DNA of 37,426 nucleotides from a virus: UHGV virus genome UHGV-0281131; one strand, 5' to 3'. Shown piece by piece: positions 1 to 9,800 of this stretch (position 1 is its first letter; each line of letters starts with the position of its first letter). The notes under the pieces were generated by a model. It saw only the letters and a program-made list of their open reading frames with translations, ran no database searches and was not told where the DNA came from. The position numbers and the translations under genes were made by a program.

Positions 1-399
1 AGGGACTCCACAGATACTTGCATTTTCTAATATAGAAAGTCCCTCATTTGAAATAAAAACTCCTATTGTTAAAGTCTTTATTCCTAATTTGCTGCCAAGT
101 AATATGTCCAGATGATAAGCTAATACTATAACTAGAATTATCATAACCTTTTTTAACATTCCTATTATACCTAGTTTACTATTAGCAGTACAAGTAATGT
201 AAGCTTTGATAACTCCAGATATATAATCAACTGCCATAAGTATAAGTAATATTCTTAGTGCCTCATCTTGCCCACCTGTAATTGTAAAGATAAAAGCTAC
301 TAAAGTTCCTATACATATAGCTACACAATTACTTAAAATTTTTATTACATCAACCAACAACCAAAAGAAATCTGTTGCTATTCTAGTAAAATCTCCCAT
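1..399 (-). CDS. Phage holin (phage_holin_4_1 / LL-H-like family), C-terminal end beyond window
   Basis: Minus-strand ORF starting ATG at 397-399 (SD GGAGGAAATT upstream) and running off the window edge. Translation MGDFTRIATDFFWLLVDVIKILSNCVAICIGTLVAFIFTITGGQDEALRILLILMAVDYISGVIKAY... has multiple TM helices and the DYI(S/T)GV motif typical of this holin family. It is the last gene of the lysis cassette, after the endolysin. Confidence 0.6.
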   Translation of the reverse strand, partial: MGDFTRIATDFFWLLVDVIKILSNCVAICIGTLVAFIFTITGGQDEALRILLILMAVDYISGVIKAYITCTANSKLGIIGMLKKVMIILVIVLAYHLDILLGSKLGIKTLTIGVFISNEGLSILENASICGVP

Positions 400-650
400 T
401 AATTTCCTCCTATCATATAGTTTAGTATCTTTTCAAAAATATTGTAAAACCAAGGTGTTATTTGTAGGCTTAAAAGATTATCTAATATAAGTAATAAAAG
501 TATTATCATAAAGGCAGTACCAAGGTAATAGTTAAAACTTGTTAGTTTTTGCTTTTCTATCTCTTGGTCTACCTCGGCATTTCTAGTCCTTTTAAAGATT
601 ATACCCAGAGTATCTTTTATAACTTCTATTACTGAACCTATAATATTCAA
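399..650 (-). CDS. Small membrane protein in lysis cassette (holin/antiholin-like partner)
   Basis: 83-aa ORF with one strongly hydrophobic segment (YYLGTAFMIILLLLILDNLL). Its stop overlaps the holin start (TAATG-type coupling) and it lies between endolysin and holin. Confidence 0.35.
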   Translation of the reverse strand: MNIIGSVIEVIKDTLGIIFKRTRNAEVDQEIEKQKLTSFNYYLGTAFMIILLLLILDNLLSLQITPWFYNIFEKILNYMIGGN

Positions 651-663
651 GTTATCACTTCCC

Positions 664-1068
664 TTAATCTTCCATCAACTCAAAATGTCCTCCATCAAAT
701 GAGCCTCTTGCTATCTCATCATCATATTTGCCATTCATATTCCAATCTCCACCCCATCTAACTTTAATACCAAGTTTTTCAGCCTCTTCTTTTAGTACAT
801 CAGCAATTTTTTTAAATCCCTCTAAGTCGTTCCAATCTTTAAATGGGTATGGAATAAAATCAAAAGCATATGATTTAGGTTTTTTACAATGCTTACTTTT
901 ATTTGTCCAGCTAGTTCCCTTAGCTTGATTTTCCTTTGCTTCTTCCTCTGTTCTAGCTCCATCTATAATACTAAAGTCTATTCTTTTTATAGCTTGGTTT
1001 GCTATCAATATTAATCTATCATCACACTCTTCTAAGTGTTTTAAACTTCTTTCACTAAATTTATACAT
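664..1068 (-). CDS. Endolysin, peptidase M15 (VanY / L-alanyl-D-glutamate peptidase-like) family
   Basis: 134-aa product with an H-x6-D zinc-ligand pair (SKHCKKPKSYAFDF) and C-terminal DGGHFEL, the hallmark of M15 cell-wall peptidases. Located in the lysis module next to the holin. Confidence 0.7.
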   Translation of the reverse strand: MYKFSERSLKHLEECDDRLILIANQAIKRIDFSIIDGARTEEEAKENQAKGTSWTNKSKHCKKPKSYAFDFIPYPFKDWNDLEGFKKIADVLKEEAEKLGIKVRWGGDWNMNGKYDDEIARGSFDGGHFELMED

Positions 1069-1087
1069 GCTATCATCTCCTTATTTT

Positions 1088-1939
1088 CTAAACAGACGCT
1101 TGTGATGTTTCAAGTTTTTTTAATTCTTCAACAAAATCATCTATAGTTAAGTCTATTTTATCTTTAGTTTTTAACTTGTCAGCAACAACATAGCATTTAA
1201 CAACAAAGTCTAAGCATTGTAATGCTAAAGAATTAAACTCTTCTATAGTTAATAATAGGCTATCAGAGCCATCATCATTAAATGACCAAGGAACATTTGT
1301 TATAGCCTGTCTAACATTATTAGCTATCATAATTCCAGAACCAGTTGAAGATAACATAAGTAACTTTCTACTATCTAAGGTTTGTATATGAGTTTCTTCT
1401 CTTATAGTTACTTCACAACCTTTAGCAAGGACTTGCATTAAGAGTTCATCTCCTATGTATTTACCTATATAGTCTTTTCTTTCTTCTGGAGTTGCTTTAT
1501 CTTCATATATCCAAGTATCATAATTCCACTCAATTCTAACTCCTTTTGGTTTTTCAACCTTAACTATTTTGTTATCTTCAATTTTTTCTCCCTCCTGAAG
1601 TTTACTTCTATCAACTACCCAATTAGGGCTTTCCCATTTATATTGCCAAGATGGTTGAGGAATTTTCTTAATAGTATCCCCCTCTAATATTTCCCCATCT
1701 GTTAGAGTTAAAAGTCCTAAATCTATAAGTTCTTTTTCAGTAGCTTTTCTAACTGTATCTCCCTCAACAATAGGGTGTCCTATTAGAACTGTATTTCCTG
1801 TATAAGTAACTACATTTTCATATAGTTCTGATTTTCCTTGTTCTTTTATCTCTTCTTGAGTAAGGACTTTATTTTCTTGTCCTAAGCAAAACAAAATACC
1901 TTGCTCTGCCTTTTCTTTATCATAATAAAATACTGTCAT
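1088..1939 (-). CDS. Hypothetical protein, tail-fibre-associated (possible fibre assembly/receptor-binding accessory)
   Basis: 283-aa ORF placed between the fibre genes and the lysis cassette. No recognisable catalytic motif. Confidence 0.3.
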   Translation of the reverse strand: MTVFYYDKEKAEQGILFCLGQENKVLTQEEIKEQGKSELYENVVTYTGNTVLIGHPIVEGDTVRKATEKELIDLGLLTLTDGEILEGDTIKKIPQPSWQYKWESPNWVVDRSKLQEGEKIEDNKIVKVEKPKGVRIEWNYDTWIYEDKATPEERKDYIGKYIGDELLMQVLAKGCEVTIREETHIQTLDSRKLLMLSSTGSGIMIANNVRQAITNVPWSFNDDGSDSLLLTIEEFNSLALQCLDFVVKCYVVADKLKTKDKIDLTIDDFVEELKKLETSQASV

Positions 1940-1955
1940 TTATACCTCCAAGTTT

Positions 1956-2363
1956 TTATTTGTAAAACATAACTATAATATTATTAATTTTTGGAGCATT
2001 ACCCTTTTCTGCCACTGTTTGTATGTAATTGCCACTTTTTTGAAATTTATAGATAAATTGATAAAGTCCATTAGTTCTAACATAATGGTCCATTCTGTTA
2101 TCATTATAACTTTGGTCATAATAAGTTGACATTTTTAATCCACTCCAACCAACAACATAAAAACTATATCCATTTAAATATTGTGAAGGTATAGACCATT
2201 GAGTTGTCTGATTTCCTGTCAGTGTAACTACAGCCCAATCTTTAGCAGTTGCCTCTATATTATCTAGCCTATCACTTAACCCTTTCATAGTTATTGGAGT
2301 AGTTGAAGCTTTACCCTCTAATGCTGATGTTCTATCATTTAAATTTTTCATAGTGATAGCCAT
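1956..2363 (-). CDS. Hypothetical protein, possible fibre tip / receptor-binding module
   Basis: 135-aa ORF whose start overlaps the stop of the collagen-like fibre gene (ATGA overlap at 2363). Short N-terminal helical region followed by a beta-rich, aromatic-rich segment. Confidence 0.3.
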   Translation of the reverse strand: MAITMKNLNDRTSALEGKASTTPITMKGLSDRLDNIEATAKDWAVVTLTGNQTTQWSIPSQYLNGYSFYVVGWSGLKMSTYYDQSYNDNRMDHYVRTNGLYQFIYKFQKSGNYIQTVAEKGNAPKINNIIVMFYK

Positions 2364-3475
2364 TATACCCTACCCCCTTTTAAATCTTCTATTTCCTTAC
2401 TCATTTCTTTTACAGCTTCAATAAGTAAAGCTACTATATGTCCATACATAACAGTTAAATAACCATTGTCCTCATTTTTGACCACAACTTCCGGCAATAC
2501 TTTTTCAATCTCTTGAGCTATAACTCCAGCTTGTCTTTGTCCTGTACCTAACATAGTGAATGTGTACCCATTGATTTGATTTACTTTTTTAAGAGCATTA
2601 GTTATCTTTGTTATATCAGTTTTTAATCTTCTATCTGAATAAGCCGTAACTTCTCCGTTTGAAACAATAGCTCCTGTTACTGTTAAGTTTCCATTAATAG
2701 TACCACCGGATTTTGGAAGCTTTGTATTATCAGCTATTGTAATATTGGCACTACCATCAAAGTTAACTCCGTTGACAGTTCTAGCAGTTTGCAATTTTGT
2801 AGCAGTAGCAGAGTTCCCTGTACAAGCACCAGCACTATCAGCAGTTGTAGCACTCTTTGCTTTATCTCCTTTACCTAATTTATCATCTAATAAATTATTA
2901 GTTTCAGTTTTAGTATATACATCTGGTTTGTTTATTAATTTTTCATAATCGGTAGTCCCAGGTTGACCGCTTTGTCCTGGTATCCCTTGTTGACCTCTAG
3001 GGGCAGTAAAATCATATGTGCTACCATTAGTTAAAGTCACAGTATAAACATTTCCGCCATCTTCATTAGTATTCTTAAATGTTATACTTTTTACTCCTAC
3101 TCCATCAGCTCCTTTAGGACCTTGAATACCCTGCTCTCCAGTATCTCCTTTAGGACCTTTAGGACCAGTATTTCCAGTTATACCTTGTTCCCCTTTATCT
3201 CCCTTAGGTCCTTGAATACCTTGAGGACCTCGAGGACCTTGTGGTCCAGTATCTCCCTTATCTCCTTTAGGACCTTGAATACCTTGCTCTCCAGTATCTC
3301 CCTTAGGACCTTGAGGACCTTGTATTCCTTGTTCTCCTTTTGCACCAGGTAAACCTTGAATACCTTGTTCCCCTTGTATTCCTTGTTCTCCTTTAGGACC
3401 TTGAGGTCCGATATCTCCCTGCTCTCCCTTAGGTCCTTGAGGACCTACAACATTACCTATAATTAATTTCGGCAT
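2363..3475 (-). CDS. Collagen-like tail fibre with C-terminal intramolecular chaperone (peptidase S74-like) domain
   Basis: 370 aa. G-X-Y collagen triplets begin almost at the N-terminus ([16 protein letters not shown]...), then a globular region. The C-terminus ([10 protein letters not shown]...[15 protein letters not shown]...[21 protein letters not shown]) matches the self-cleaving chaperone of endosialidase-type fibres. Confidence 0.7.
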   Translation of the reverse strand: MPKLIIGNVVGPQGPKGEQGDIGPQGPKGEQGIQGEQGIQGLPGAKGEQGIQGPQGPKGDTGEQGIQGPKGDKGDTGPQGPRGPQGIQGPKGDKGEQGITGNTGPKGPKGDTGEQGIQGPKGADGVGVKSITFKNTNEDGGNVYTVTLTNGSTYDFTAPRGQQGIPGQSGQPGTTDYEKLINKPDVYTKTETNNLLDDKLGKGDKAKSATTADSAGACTGNSATATKLQTARTVNGVNFDGSANITIADNTKLPKSGGTINGNLTVTGAIVSNGEVTAYSDRRLKTDITKITNALKKVNQINGYTFTMLGTGQRQAGVIAQEIEKVLPEVVVKNEDNGYLTVMYGHIVALLIEAVKEMSKEIEDLKGGRV

Positions 3476-3488
3476 AATTAAAACCTCC

Positions 3489-4868
3489 TTATTCTAAAAT
3501 TTCTAATACCAAATTTCCATCTTCATCTATTGTAAAATTTGGTTGAGTATCATTCTCGTTATAATACACAACTAAGTTTCCATCTTCTATTTGGAATATG
3601 TACTGACTATTTATAGGAGTAATTACAGCAGTTCCATTATCTCCTTTATCTCCCTTATCTCCTTTAGGACCTTGTATTCCTTGAGGACCTTGAGGTCCGA
3701 TATCTCCCTGCTCTCCCTTAGGTCCTTGTTCTCCTTGTATTCCTTGAATGCCTTGTTCGCCTTTTAGTCCTTGAAGTCCTCTTTCTCCTTGAATGCCTTG
3801 TTCCCCTTGTATTCCTTGAATACCTTGAGGACCTGTTATTCCTTGAGGACCTTGAGGTCCAACTTCTCCTTGTATTCCTTGCTCTCCTTGAATACCTTGA
3901 GGTCCATTTTCCCCTCTTTCTCCTTGGTCTCCTTTATCTCCTTTGAATCCTCTTTCTCCTCTTTCTCCTTTCGGTCCTTCTGGTCCATCATTGCCTTGAA
4001 TACCTTGAGGACCTCTTCGTGCTAATAATTCTCCTATAATTTCTCCGTCTTCACGGTAGACTGTATAGATGTTTCCTTCTGGTAATTCTTTATTAAAACC
4101 AACACTTGCTATTGAGTATCCTCTTTCTCCTTTTAAATCTTGCATATGATAGTCTATATAATCTTGGATTTCTTTTTCTGCTTCTTCTATTTTTTCTTGT
4201 GTATATTTATCTAATTTTAAATAACTATCTGTTTTAAGATAATTATCAATAATTTCTTTTAAATCTTTTTCTAATTGAATAACTAGCTCTTTTACTCTAT
4301 TATCCAAATCTTCAAGTAATATTTTTTTTGTATCTTCATAAATCTTATTGAGCAACTCTTGATATTTCTCAAATAGTGTAGTTACAGGATAAGTAGCTAT
4401 CCCATCATCTGACATATACCAGATAGAACCTTTTGGTAAATCTGGTAAACCTAATTGTTTGGGTATTCCACTATCTACAAATAATTGAGATTTTATAATT
4501 TCTTTTTCTGTTCCAAGTATTGCAGCTTTTATTTTAGTAAACATATTATTTAGATTTTCTGGTGTAATATCTCCTGTACTACTAAAAGTAAAATCTAAAT
4601 CAAAATAAGGTTCAGACTTAACTATCTTAATATCTGTGTAGTCATTCCATATACCATCTGGGTAGTTAGTAAAATCAATATTTCCAGCATTGTATGTGTA
4701 ATAATCTTTAGGTATAAGGAATATAAAAGCTGTGCTAGTTATAGGATTTTGTTTTTTCCCATAGACTTCACAACTTGTCATTAAGTCTGAAAAGCTAGTA
4801 GCATACTGTTGTCTATTCTCTTCTAACTTAAAATACTCTTTTTTAAAATTTAACATTTGCTTAAACAC
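3489..4868 (-). CDS. Collagen-like tail fibre protein (N-terminal anchor domain + long G-X-Y repeat region)
   Basis: 459 aa. N-terminal ~290 aa non-repetitive domain, then ~45 G-X-Y triplets ([22 protein letters not shown]...), then a short beta-rich C-terminal domain. Sits directly upstream of the second collagen-like gene. Confidence 0.65.
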   Translation of the reverse strand: MFKQMLNFKKEYFKLEENRQQYATSFSDLMTSCEVYGKKQNPITSTAFIFLIPKDYYTYNAGNIDFTNYPDGIWNDYTDIKIVKSEPYFDLDFTFSSTGDITPENLNNMFTKIKAAILGTEKEIIKSQLFVDSGIPKQLGLPDLPKGSIWYMSDDGIATYPVTTLFEKYQELLNKIYEDTKKILLEDLDNRVKELVIQLEKDLKEIIDNYLKTDSYLKLDKYTQEKIEEAEKEIQDYIDYHMQDLKGERGYSIASVGFNKELPEGNIYTVYREDGEIIGELLARRGPQGIQGNDGPEGPKGERGERGFKGDKGDQGERGENGPQGIQGEQGIQGEVGPQGPQGITGPQGIQGIQGEQGIQGERGLQGLKGEQGIQGIQGEQGPKGEQGDIGPQGPQGIQGPKGDKGDKGDNGTAVITPINSQYIFQIEDGNLVVYYNENDTQPNFTIDEDGNLVLEILE

Positions 4869-4876
4869 CTCTTTTC

Positions 4877-6388
4877 TTAATAATAAGTTGTTAGTGGTCC
4901 ATCAAAACTATCTTTTAGATATATGCTAGCAAATATCATAGCAGTTCTAAATGAATCTGCGTCATCTGAAGCTTTATCATTTGCGTCGTGGTCTGGTATA
5001 TCTAAGTAACAGTTCATGGACTTGTTATATTTTTTGACGTAGCCTCCTAATTGTATAACTCCTATGTTACACTCGTTATTATCTATCTCTACATTTTCAA
5101 ACTCCTTTCTTATATAGTTGATTTGATTTATTAATGTAGTCATATCATTTTTAGCTAGTTCTGTCTTAGATAGAGTTCTTACATCACTAAAATAATTCAA
5201 TCTTATGTAGTCACTTCTTTTTGATGTTGCACTCCATTCCTCTACATCTCCATCATGTGGTAGTACCATAGTAGGCTGCATATAGTACCCGTTATCTTTA
5301 CACCATTTCTTTATATATTGGCAGCAGTGGTCTGGTCCTTGTCCAGTAACTCTATAATGTTTTATGAATCTAATTCTATTATTATGAGGGTTCTTTTGAA
5401 AAAACCATAATACTGTATGGTCCCTTTTTCCTATATCCCAAGCAACATATAAAGGTTGTTGTGTCCAAAAATGTCCTGTGTATATTTGAGTATATCTTCT
5501 ACTTACACTATCTAATAACTCTTCATATCTACCATAAGACTTTATCCTTTCATCTTCATAAGCTTTTTTTAGTTGTTCTCCATACCAAGCACCAACTAAA
5601 TGAGTATTGATTTTACATTCCCACTCTTGAGCGTATGAATCTGGGTCCATAGCAAGAGCTTGTTTTCTAAGTTCTTTATCATTTATTACCCTCTCCCCTT
5701 TGTAGTTCAAGGAATCTTTTCCAGATTGAATATCTACATACCACATATCTTTAATTTCTTTATTTTCTGGTTTACTTAGGATAGTGAAGTAATCTATAAA
5801 GAGTTTAGTAAACCAATTATATTTACCTCTTGGTGTAGATATAAATATTACAAATCCAAAATCTGTCTTATCTATTATTGTGTCAACGGCTGGTTTCATA
5901 TATTGATAGAATTGTTCTTTTATAAGTGCGGCTTCTGTATAAATAACTCCTCTTGCTCCAACTCCTACACTTGCATCTGGGTTATCTCCTCCACGGAAAA
6001 ATATCTTAGCACCATTAAATAAAGTTACACTCCAGTCTGATTTATTGACTTTAGGTCCTCTTGGGTTAGATAATATTTCATTAGGTATTAAATTCTCTAG
6101 TAGTGGCAAACCATTTAATGTCTTCCCATCTACAACTATTTCTTTTACCTGTCTAAAGTATGGTGCATAGATATAGTAGTTTCCTGGGTGTTGTATTGCA
6201 GCTAGTATCATAATGAGTAATGAAATAAAGTCCTTACCATATCTTCTATGAGCCATTAGTGCAAAATACTTTTTCTTATTTTCCAGGACATTGTCTAATA
6301 GTTCTTTCTGTCCTTTGTGTAGATATTTAATAACTTTTTTATAACTGATAGTTACTCTTCTTTTTGCTGCTCTTCCTAAAAAATTCAA
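4877..6388 (-). CDS. terL: Terminase large subunit (TTG start)
   Basis: 503 aa with the ATPase motifs in order: Walker A-like HRRYGKDF, Walker B hydrophobic run plus acid (GVIYTEAAL), motif III ISTPRG. C-terminal RNase-H-like nuclease acidic residues ([29 protein letters not shown]). Start is TTG at 6386-6388, preceded by AAGGAGGTGGAG. Confidence 0.75.
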   Translation of the reverse strand: MNFLGRAAKRRVTISYKKVIKYLHKGQKELLDNVLENKKKYFALMAHRRYGKDFISLLIMILAAIQHPGNYYIYAPYFRQVKEIVVDGKTLNGLPLLENLIPNEILSNPRGPKVNKSDWSVTLFNGAKIFFRGGDNPDASVGVGARGVIYTEAALIKEQFYQYMKPAVDTIIDKTDFGFVIFISTPRGKYNWFTKLFIDYFTILSKPENKEIKDMWYVDIQSGKDSLNYKGERVINDKELRKQALAMDPDSYAQEWECKINTHLVGAWYGEQLKKAYEDERIKSYGRYEELLDSVSRRYTQIYTGHFWTQQPLYVAWDIGKRDHTVLWFFQKNPHNNRIRFIKHYRVTGQGPDHCCQYIKKWCKDNGYYMQPTMVLPHDGDVEEWSATSKRSDYIRLNYFSDVRTLSKTELAKNDMTTLINQINYIRKEFENVEIDNNECNIGVIQLGGYVKKYNKSMNCYLDIPDHDANDKASDDADSFRTAMIFASIYLKDSFDGPLTTYY

Positions 6389-6447
6389 AACTCCACCTCC
6401 TTACCTGTTTGATAGTTTGAAATTCCATCTTTTAAAAGTTGGAAAAT

Positions 6448-6486
6448 AAAAAAAGGACAACCCTTTTAGGTTGTCCTTTGATTTTT
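6448..6486. terminator. Rho-independent terminator hairpin (bidirectional), GGACAACC-CTTTTA-GGTTGTCC with flanking A and T runs
   Basis: Perfect 8-bp GC-rich stem. T-run on the plus side (TTTGATTTTT), A7 on the other (reads as T7 for minus-strand transcripts). Confidence 0.55.
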
Positions 6487-6495
6487 CTGTAAATG

Positions 6496-6531
6496 GAAAA
6501 AGGCAACTCCAAAAGGTTGCCTGATTTTCTT
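6496..6531. terminator. Second hairpin (AGGCAAC-TCCAAAAG-GTTGCCT) followed by GATTTTCTT
   Basis: 7-bp stem, 8-nt loop, T-rich tail. Part of the hairpin cluster in the 446-bp intergenic island. Confidence 0.4.
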
Positions 6532-6579
6532 AAGATTATTATATCATTAAATACTAAAAAAGTCCATAAAAAGAAAAAG

Positions 6580-6605
6580 GCTGGTATAGTTGCAGCTATA
6601 CCAGC
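6580..6605. other. Perfect 10-bp stem-loop GCTGGTATAG-TTGCAG-CTATACCAGC (no U tract)
   Basis: Seen directly. The loop TTGCAG is identical to the loop of the hairpin at 6811-6828, which suggests a recognised structural motif rather than a simple terminator. Confidence 0.45.
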
Positions 6606-6662
6606 GGTGAAGCACATAAAAAATTCCGTTCTTCTTAGTAATTAAATTATAGCAAAAACAAC

Positions 6663-6691
6663 TAGAAATTTCAAGAAGTTTTTGTTATAAT
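6663..6691 (+). promoter_or_regulatory. Candidate extended -10 promoter (TGtTATAAT) on plus strand inside the intergenic island
   Basis: TGTTATAAT at 6683-6691, with a weak -35 (TAGAAA) 17 bp upstream. Would initiate a ~140-nt plus-strand transcript ending at the 6803-6840 terminator. Confidence 0.3.
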
Positions 6692-6802
6692 GTTTCTAGC
6701 CCACTAAGAAAGGGGGTGGAAATCATAAAGAATTTCGTTCTAAGACTAATAATACTGGTTATTCTGTTTTTCTTAGTAAACAGAGTTGCATTATAATTAG
6801 TC

Positions 6803-6840
6803 AAAAAAGGGGAGTGTTGCAGCACTCCTCCTTTTTTATT
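6803..6840. terminator. Bidirectional rho-independent terminator immediately after the stop of the 1842-aa gene (GGAGTG-TTGCAG-CACTCC, T6 on both sides)
   Basis: AAAAAAGGGGAGTGTTGCAGCACTCCTCCTTTTTTATT. The stem is flanked by A6 upstream and T6 downstream. The stop codon of the minus-strand 1842-aa ORF is at 6836-6838. Confidence 0.6.
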
Positions 6841-9800
6841 GTAATAATTCTATAACATTTTTAGCTATATTATAGTTAGTTGTATTTATTCCCATTTTAA
6901 TTAAGTTGGTAGCAGCTTTGTCTATATCTCCTTTAGATATATTTTGAATCAAGTATGCAGGTCTAACTATTGCCATAGAACCAGTAGTTAAAGCATAACT
7001 ATTTATAATATTGTCGTCAAAGAAAGTCCATAATGTGCTTCCAGGACTATCAACCATATCATTGAATTTATCTATTACAGTTCCTAATGGGTCCTCGTAG
7101 AACTCTCCATCTTTTAATAGACTTCCAGCAACAACTACAACTCCTAATTGAACCATATAATTCATCATTCTTTTTTGCCATAATTTATTAGTCCAGTCCA
7201 TTTTACCATTATTTACATTTGAATAAAATACATCAGTAGCAAGTCTTCTCCATTGTTCTTGTAGTGATGTCTTGAAAAATCCTGTCATTCTAGCAAAGTT
7301 TCTTCTTACATTGTCATTTATCATATCTATTTCATTTCTAGCAGCTGCAGTAGCTTCAGTAGGGGAAATGTCAGATACCATTTTATCATAGAACTTTGTA
7401 ACCTTATCTACTATATCATCTTTTATATACTTAAATTCATCATCAGTAATAATATCTCCTAGATAATTTTCTATATCAGTCTTTTTTATACTGTCAGAAA
7501 AGCTAATTTCATCATAAAGTTTATTATTTTTAAAGCTTTCTAAGTCTGGAATTTTTTTCATAAATTCAAATTCAAGGCTTCCAATATTTAAATCTTCTAT
7601 CATTTTTTTGAAATAGTGTCCTTGAGAATTTAACAACTCATCTAAAGAACTGTATTTAGCAAACTTTTCTAAGTTCATTCCACCTAAAGAGTAAGCAGCA
7701 GCTTTAAGAGCTAATTGTGTATATTGATATAGATTTAATTTATTAAGTCCACTGTCTAAAGCTGAAAGTAGTTTATCTTGGTTGCTTCCATATTTAATCA
7801 TTCTAGCTTTTCTATATCCTGTAAAATCATCTAATTCCCCAAGAATAGCATTTACATATTCTATTGGCATGGAGTTTTTAAGTTGTGCCATCAATTCTGG
7901 TGTGTTATTAACATTCATCATTAAAGCTATAACATTATTCATAACTTGTTTGTAAGTTGTAAAAAATCCATCTCCACCATATCTTGAAATATTAGCTCTT
8001 ACCATAGACATGGGTTCCATATACAACTCTCTAAAAGCTTTTGGTCCTGTAAGATTGATTTTACCATAAACAGAAGTATATTTTTTTACAAATCTGTCTA
8101 GTGAAGTTTCAATAGGTTTAGTAATATGTCCTAAATCTCTACCTAATTCAACATCAATATATCCTTCTAGTTCTCTCATGTAAGATTTAAAATCTTGGCT
8201 TAGGGTAGAAGTTTGTAATTCTCCTAATAATTTTTTAAAACCTTTATATCCACCTTGAGGGAAAGTTGATTTTATAGCTTCTGCATTAGAAATTTCATTT
8301 ATTAATTTTTGTAAAGCTAATCTTCCATCAACTTTGTTATTGGCAACAAAATCCTTTACTTTAGATTTTTTGATATATCCTCTGTCTATCCAATTTTCAA
8401 ATCTACCAAATCTATGAACTGCCGTTTCTTTTAAAGGATTTTCCTCTGCTCCTTTGTAACTATCCATATCTTCTGTGAAAGCTCTTCTAGCATTTTGTTT
8501 TTTACTCTCTATATTATTTCTGTCAAAATCTGTTCCAGGTAAATCTTCAAAAAAATCTTTATTATTTTTTAAGAATCTTTGAACTTCTGGATATTGTTCT
8601 AAATTATACTTAGAAATTATTTTAAATCTTTCATCACTTGGAATACAAGTTTTAATTTCTTTTAATCTTTGAATTATTTCATAAGGACTTGGATTTTCTT
8701 TTTTAATTTCAATTTCAAGTCTTTCTACGCTACTCATAAAAAAATCATAATTTCTTTCAGCAAATCTTTCTCTAGGGTCAACAAGTCTTTTAGAAACATC
8801 TTTACCAGTAACAGGGTCAGCAATCAACTCTCCATCTAAAAATTTTTGTCCATCAAATTCTTTAGTTAATGTAGTTAAATATTTTTGAAGTTCATCTTGA
8901 GATAATAACTTTTCAAGGCTTAAATTACTATCATAATTCAAATTATTATATATATCTTGCACATTAATATCATAATCTTTTGTCAATTCTTTTACAGTCT
9001 GATATAAAGTTTCTCTAATATCTTCTAGCTTAGGTTGAAGTTCTGCTAATTCATCTGGTAATTTTCTATTAAAACTAAATAAAAAATCTCTTAAATCAAA
9101 TTTATTCTCTTCGAATAAATCTAACATTTTTTCTAAATCAAGTTTTTGTCCTTTATAATCTAAAGTAAATAAGTTTAATAATTTAGTTTTACTTTGTTCT
9201 TTAGTTTTTTGGAAAGGTAAAAGTATTTGAGTTTTTAAAAAGTCTTTAGCTCTTCTTGCTTTACCAGATAAATTTTCATTACTTCTATAAATTTTTCTAA
9301 GTCCATCTTTTATTTTAAAATATTTATTTGTTTCAGCTTTCAACTTAGCTAATCTTTCAGAAACATCAACTTCATTTCCTGTTTCTTTAATTATTTTTTT
9401 AACTGCACTTACATCATCTTTATCTATAACTTTTGGAATATCTAATTTTAATATTTCTACAAACTCTGGATTTAATTTATCTCCATCAACTAAATTGTCC
9501 ATAGCATTTTTAATAATATAAGAAAGTTCAAAGTAATCATCAGAGTAATCAGCAAAATGTCCCCTATTAATTCCTTTTAAAACCTCTTCGATAGGCTTAG
9601 CACTATCCATAACCACTGGGTTAAATTCTTTACTTCTAAATTCTGGAGTATTATATAAATCTAAAATATGCTGTATTTCATGCCTTAATACTCCTATCTG
9701 TGTATCTAAATCTTTTATTTTATCACTGATAGCAACTTGTAAAATCCTACTACCATCTTTATTTTTTTTGATGATAGTTTCTCCTAAGTGTTGAATTTTT

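Noticed and set aside
2900-4000. Short-period DNA repeats that could be mistaken for a CRISPR array or satellite
   Set aside because: The periodicity is 9 bp (Gly-X-Y codons) inside long ORFs. There are no unique spacers and no leader, and the repeats encode collagen-like triplets.
2745-4025. Plus-strand ORFs (2745-2948, 3122-3352, 3771-4025) with Ser/Leu/Arg/Thr-rich repetitive translations
   Set aside because: They are antisense readings of the G-X-Y collagen-repeat DNA in the two fibre genes. The repetitive protein sequence is a by-product of the repeats.
4877-6388. Large terminase located far from the small terminase, suspected misassembly or pseudogene
   Set aside because: The ORF is intact with all ATPase and nuclease motifs and a good SD. 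Late placement of terL before the fibre and lysis genes matches T7-like gene order.
6432-6617. 61-aa minus-strand ORF in the TerL-upstream intergenic island
   Set aside because: It runs straight through three stable hairpins, including a terminator, and has no SD. An accidental open frame.
6389-6835. Search for a tRNA or tmRNA in the hairpin island
   Set aside because: No GTTCGAATC-type T-loop and no cloverleaf arrangement were found. The hairpins are isolated stem-loops.
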